From: an uncultured Dehalococcoidales bacterium
GTDB taxonomy: Bacteria > Chloroflexota > Dehalococcoidia > Lucifugimonadales > Lucifugimonadaceae
Direction of reading: 5' to 3'
Length of the DNA stretch: 54,636 nucleotides
Assembly: GCA_964435915.1 (NCBI GenBank)
Contig: CAYTAO010000004.1
Location: forward strand, 226-54,861
How positions within the stretch are numbered: the first letter of the stretch is position 1; every line of letters begins with the position of its first letter. The position numbers were made by a program, and so were the translations under genes. Positions 50,290 through 54,636 of this stretch are shown here, piece by piece. Under the pieces are notes generated by a model. It made no database searches, was not told the DNA's origin, and saw only the letters and a list, made by a program, of their open reading frames with translations.

Positions 50290-51588
50290 CTAGGGCTTGA
50301 CCATCGAGCCGTCGGCTCGCCGTACGGTGTCCCACGCTCCGCCAAACTCACGTTCCTTGAACGGGAACTTAGCTGCCATTTCTTCATCAATATCGATACC
50401 GAGACCCGGCTCGCCTTTAGACCACATCATGCCGTCCTTCAGGGTCGGAGTGCCCGGGAACATCTCGCGAGTGCGTTCGGGCGGAATAGCCGCTTCCTGA
50501 ATACCAAAATTGTAGTTGTTCAGGTTCAACATCAGGTTCGCCGCGTGGCCAACCGGCGAAGTGTCGCCAGGACCGTGCCACGCCGTTCGTACGCTGTACA
50601 ACTCGCCCATTGCCGAGAGCTTTTTAGCAGGCGTAATGCCACCGATCTGCGACATGTGGATTCGGATGAAATCGATCAGGCGATTCTGGATCATTGGAAT
50701 AACCTCGTGCGGGCTGTTCCACAGTTCACCCATGGCAATTGGCGTTGTGGTCTGTTCACGCACCATTCGGAAGTAGGCGTTGTCTTCAGGTGAGAAGAGG
50801 TCTTCGAGGAAGAACAGCTGGTACTTTTCTACCTCTTTTGCGAACCACACACCGAGGATTGGTGGAATACGCTCGTGAACATCGTGAAGAATCTCGAGAC
50901 CGTATCCGAAGCGACCACGAATGTACTCAAATAGACCTAAGGCCGATCGCATGTATGGCTTTGGCTCGAAAACTCCACCGGGATGGGCGTAACGCTTGTT
51001 CTTGTCGTATTCGCGTAACCATGAAGTTACTGCGATCGGACCTTCAAGGGTGTTTTGGTTCGCGGTGTCCAATCCGCCTACAGCTGCGCCCGTGTTGCCG
51101 TAGGTGGCATAACCGGGAGTCGACATCTGAACTCGGACGTGGTGAAAGCCCTGCTCAACGTATGCCTGAACCTTGTCGCCAACTTCTTCGTGCGATTGAC
51201 CAGAGGTATGAACGTATACGGGAGCCGCTTCACGTGCTCGACCACCGAGCAGGTCGTAGACAGGCATTCCTGCCATCTTGCCCTTGATGTCCCAGAGTGC
51301 CTGATCGATACCGGAGAGAGCGTTGTTGAGTACCGGCCCGTTACGCCAGTAGGAAGAAACGTACGACGACTGCCAGATGTCCTCGATATCGGCGACGTTT
51401 CGACCGATCAAGAAGGGTCGCAGGTAATCATCGATGGCTGCTGCAACTGCCGTTGGTCGCTGAGTGAATGTTGCGCAACCGACTCCGTGAAGGCCGGGCT
51501 CGGATGTTTCGATCTTGACGATCACGAGGCGGATATGGTCCGGCTCGGTGAGGATTGTCTTGATGTCTCGGATCGTTACATTGCTCAT
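50290..51588 (-). CDS. Enolase-superfamily D-mannonate dehydratase-like protein (RspA/ManD subgroup)
   Basis: GVGCATFTQR, SYWRNGPV, ALWDIKGK, HVRVQ, LHDVHER, FFLED, AMGE, TAWHGP. Confidence 0.9.
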   Translation of the reverse strand: MSNVTIRDIKTILTEPDHIRLVIVKIETSEPGLHGVGCATFTQRPTAVAAAIDDYLRPFLIGRNVADIEDIWQSSYVSSYWRNGPVLNNALSGIDQALWDIKGKMAGMPVYDLLGGRAREAAPVYVHTSGQSHEEVGDKVQAYVEQGFHHVRVQMSTPGYATYGNTGAAVGGLDTANQNTLEGPIAVTSWLREYDKNKRYAHPGGVFEPKPYMRSALGLFEYIRGRFGYGLEILHDVHERIPPILGVWFAKEVEKYQLFFLEDLFSPEDNAYFRMVREQTTTPIAMGELWNSPHEVIPMIQNRLIDFIRIHMSQIGGITPAKKLSAMGELYSVRTAWHGPGDTSPVGHAANLMLNLNNYNFGIQEAAIPPERTREMFPGTPTLKDGMMWSKGEPGLGIDIDEEMAAKFPFKEREFGGAWDTVRRADGSMVKP

Positions 51589-51813
51589 AAATAGCTCGGC
51601 CTAGGTGCTTGTGTGGTCGACTCAAAAAAAGCTGGATGAACCCGCCCAGCGACAACGAATTGTACTCACTGGTGGAGGATCATGAGGCGGGCAATCGATT
51701 TCTATTCGATAGCGTCGGATATCCACACGGTTGCAAGTAACAGAGGAGCTCAAGGGGACAGTCGAATTGACTCAACGAAGCATGATTAAATTGCTGGAAT
51801 TAGGTAGTGGGAC

Positions 51814-52170
51814 ATGAAGTTACTAATGTTTGGCTGCACCCTGTTCATCGGCCGGGAAGTTGTTGATAGGGCGCTGAAAGCGGGACATACAGTAGCCGTA
51901 TTCCACCGCGGAGAGCATGAGCCTGAAGAAATGGGCGAGATGTTTCAAATTCATGGTGATAACTTTGATATTGTGGATCATCTTGATGCGATCCAGAAAA
52001 GGGCGCAGAATTCAGTTCACGATACAAAACTGGCAATATCGTCTACTGCGAGTCGTTAGAAACATTCGAGTCGGCACGTGAACGTGAGGTCCAGATGAAA
52101 CGAAGGAATCGGCGTAAAAGATTTGACTGAACGAGCTGAGCAATCCGTACAGGGGGAAGCTTTTGGCGTC
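51814..52170 (+). pseudogene. Truncated NAD-dependent epimerase/dehydratase
   Basis: MKLLMFGCTLFIGREVV...GHTVAVFHRG Rossmann start with a decayed GxxGxxG; stop at 52059; rest fragmentary; right boundary approximate. Confidence 0.7.
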
Positions 52171-52245
52171 GATCGAATTTGGATCTGCCGAGCTCCCTGA
52201 CAGCACCGAATGTCCCTCCGCAGGAGTCGGGACATCCACTACCAC

Positions 52246-53265
52246 CTAGCCCTGGGTGCGAGCCCATTTTCTAAGTGATGGCATTTCTTGTCGCGGCTCC
52301 TGGATCATACCCCATTCGACGTATGACACCTCGGCAACGTACACATCCCCTTTCGAGTCGATCGCCATGCTGTGCGGCCAGAGGAACTGGTCGGGTTCCT
52401 CACCCATCAGCTCTGAACCAAACCTTGTTATCCGGTGCCCTTCTCGGTCGTACACACCAATCCGGTTGCCGAGATTCGGTTCACCGCGATTCGGTGAGCC
52501 TTTCGTCGGTCCCTGCTCGGCTACGTAAATCCGAACGTCATCGCCGGTACCCGTTACTTCGACCGCAACTGCCTTGTGAGCCTGCCACTGGCGAAGGAAC
52601 TCACCATCGAGCGTGAAGACCTGCACACGGTAGTTCTCTCGGTCGCAGACGATCACTTCTTCATCGTCAATCAGTGCAATATTGTGCGGAACATTGAACT
52701 CGCCCGGATCAGTGCCAATGGCCCCCCACGACTTGATCAACTTGCCGTTAGGGTCCAATCGATGGATCCTCGAGTTATCGTACCCGTCAGAGATGAATAT
52801 CTCATTCGTTGTCTTCGAAATGGCGACATCAGTTGGTCGGTGGAACATATCGCCGCTCTGTTTTGGAGCCGGGGTCCCGGAGCCGATTGTCATCAGGTAG
52901 TCGCCTGACTTAGTCATCTTGTGAATCTGATGAGCGTTGTCGTCGACGACCCAGATGTTGCCTTCGTGGTCGATAGTTATGGCATGGGGTCGGTTGAACC
53001 ACGTGTCCCAGAACTGCGATGCGTTTCCGTATGCGTCGTGGGTGATTCGTACATCGTCGGGCGGATTGTCGTTGCCCCACATATTGATCACGTTGCCATC
53101 TGGATCAAACACGAGGATCGGCTTATTTCCTCTGTTGAATACAAATACATTGTCGTCACTGTCCACAGCCACTGAAGTGGCCTCTCGGAGCCAGATCCCA
53201 TGAGGCACCTTTGCCCAGAGCGGAACCGGTTCGAAGACTGTGTTGGACGTGACGATGACGGGCAT
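52246..53265 (-). CDS. NHL-repeat beta-propeller protein (peptidyl-alpha-hydroxyglycine lyase-like)
   Basis: Repeated units FNRPHAI, FHRPTDVA, SDGYDNSRI, GEFNVPHNI, DRENYRVQVF, FLWPHSM. Confidence 0.88.
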   Translation of the reverse strand: MPVIVTSNTVFEPVPLWAKVPHGIWLREATSVAVDSDDNVFVFNRGNKPILVFDPDGNVINMWGNDNPPDDVRITHDAYGNASQFWDTWFNRPHAITIDHEGNIWVVDDNAHQIHKMTKSGDYLMTIGSGTPAPKQSGDMFHRPTDVAISKTTNEIFISDGYDNSRIHRLDPNGKLIKSWGAIGTDPGEFNVPHNIALIDDEEVIVCDRENYRVQVFTLDGEFLRQWQAHKAVAVEVTGTGDDVRIYVAEQGPTKGSPNRGEPNLGNRIGVYDREGHRITRFGSELMGEEPDQFLWPHSMAIDSKGDVYVAEVSYVEWGMIQEPRQEMPSLRKWARTQG

Positions 53266-53279
53266 TTAGTCGGTTCTTA

Positions 53280-53810
53280 TTTCATACAGATGATTTGCGA
53301 CCTGGAACGAGTCGCTGTGAACGCATAGTACTGCTGCTGATTCGCATTGGCGCTAATCTTCGCTTCTGTAAGTATTTCATCCTGATCGTCATCGTTGTCA
53401 CCGATCACTGTGGCGCGATTCTGCCTGATGATGACTCTCATCAAGCGAAACAGTTTGAGCCAGCCGTATGGCGATTGTTTCGTTTGAGTTCTGCTTTCAG
53501 GTGTCACAAAACACCCTCCATAGTATGGCATGAAGGCTGCGCCGCAAATAAATAACGAGGTCGGCTTCTCGCCAAAGCTCTTGCGCCCACCCGAGGTAGA
53601 CTCCTTCGTCGATCCACGCTGGCTGGACTGTAATACTGTGAATTATTTCGTGGCCGCTCAGCTTCAATGATTGCTTCTCCCGCCCCGCTATTCATCTAAA
53701 GAAGCGCATCGAGTTCAAGCGCGGGACAGCCAGTTGTTTCGGCGAGTCGTTTCATCAGGGTCGTCTTGTCAACCGCGGCTCAGTCAGCAACATTAATTAT
53801 GTTATGTGAT
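53280..53810 (-). pseudogene. Degraded P-loop kinase (FlaR/adenylate kinase-like)
   Basis: Pieces INVAD*AAVDKTTLMKRLAETTGCPALELDALL*, AWIDEGVYLGWAQELWREADLVIYL and HLKAELKRNNRH; not called by the ORF track; boundaries approximate. Confidence 0.65.
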
Positions 53811-53916
53811 CACGAAGTAACAATTATTGGTAGATTTATGTGTCTGAATATTTCAAATCGCTCACCTGAATGGTGAAATTTATCGAACTACGGAACGAAA
53901 AGTAGGAAATTATAAA

Positions 53917-54636
53917 ATGTTTGCAGATTTGAGCGGAAAAGTAGCGTTGGTGACCGGCGGCGGGCAGGGTATTGGCCTCGGCATCGTACTGAAGCTGGCG
54001 GGCCAGAGCGCTGATATTGCGATTGCCGACCTGAGCGAAGAGAACGCCGCCGCTGCCGCCAAACAGGTCGAGGCGATGGGTCGTAAGGCTTACACCGCCA
54101 GAATGAATGTGACCGACAAAGATTCGGTCATCGCTGCGGTTGAGAAAATCACCGCGGAAGCCGGCCAGATCGACATTCTTGTCAACAACGCCGGTGTCGC
54201 AGGTGCACCCGGTTCGACAGGAACCGGATTCCGAGATGTGGACTGGGATTTCACGTGGCAGGTAAACGTGAAGGGCCTAGCAGATGTGACCGAGGCTGTT
54301 CTTCCGCAGATGCGTGCGCGCCAGGACGGCAAGATCATCAACATATCTTCAGTAGCCGCCAAAGCAGCCAAGTACCAGACTGCCTACTACGCCACAACGA
54401 AGATGGCGGTAATCGCTTATACGCAGGCGCTTGCTCGTGAGTTCGCGCTCGAGAACATTAACGTGAACGCCGTAGCTCCGGGTCGTATCTGGACCCAGTT
54501 CCACCAGGACTGGATGAAGGAGCGTGAGGCGCTTGGCGACGAGGCTGTAGTCGGTAAAGAAAAGTTCGATGTGTTTATGGGCGCTCTCAAGGAAGTAATT
54601 CCGATGGGTCGACCCCAGGAGCCGTCCGATATCGGT
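53917..54636 (+). CDS. Short-chain dehydrogenase/reductase, runs off the window end
   Basis: MFADLSGKVALVTGGGQGIG, LVNNAG, NISS, YATTK, NAVAPG; AGGA RBS. Confidence 0.93.
   Translation, partial: MFADLSGKVALVTGGGQGIGLGIVLKLAGQSADIAIADLSEENAAAAAKQVEAMGRKAYTARMNVTDKDSVIAAVEKITAEAGQIDILVNNAGVAGAPGSTGTGFRDVDWDFTWQVNVKGLADVTEAVLPQMRARQDGKIINISSVAAKAAKYQTAYYATTKMAVIAYTQALAREFALENINVNAVAPGRIWTQFHQDWMKEREALGDEAVVGKEKFDVFMGALKEVIPMGRPQEPSDIG

Noticed and set aside
1-54636. tRNA, rRNA, tRNA-Sec or known riboswitches
   Set aside because: No convincing cloverleaf or consensus seen by eye; a tRNAscan-SE/Infernal run is needed to exclude them.

Overview
Gene-dense bacterial chromosomal segment with no rRNA, tRNA, CRISPR array, prophage or intact IS that I could recognise. 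The gene mix points by inference to Chloroflexota/Dehalococcoidia of SAR202 type: paralogous enolase-superfamily dehydratases, SDRs, GGT-like hydrolases, amidohydrolases, PLP lyases, a CoA transferase, an NHL protein and an acVLRF1-like release factor. Housekeeping genes include purE, purK, trpB, glpK, an HtrA protease, a FtsX-type ABC system and a dCMP deaminase. Main observations: (1) an OsmC/Ohr-like gene split by an in-frame UGA at the first catalytic Cys position and followed by a SECIS-like hairpin, most likely a selenoprotein that the ORF track splits in two; (2) a small GIY-YIG nuclease pseudogene bracketed by a 32-nt TGTC-tagged inverted-repeat pair, plus a gene-less doublet and a half copy of that repeat elsewhere and a second GIY-YIG relic beside another TGTC hairpin, suggesting a REP/REPIN-like element family served by a GIY-YIG nuclease; (3) a HEAT-like plus sigma70 region-4 fusion protein; (4) an eRF1-fold protein with an aRF1-like HRKGGQS loop; (5) a PIG-L deacetylase broken by six clustered GA>TA changes; (6) an in-frame amber in a GGT N-terminus joined to an upstream ORF that lacks its own stop; (7) a heavy pseudogene load and several paralog pairs. 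All family calls come from motifs recognised by eye; no database search was run.
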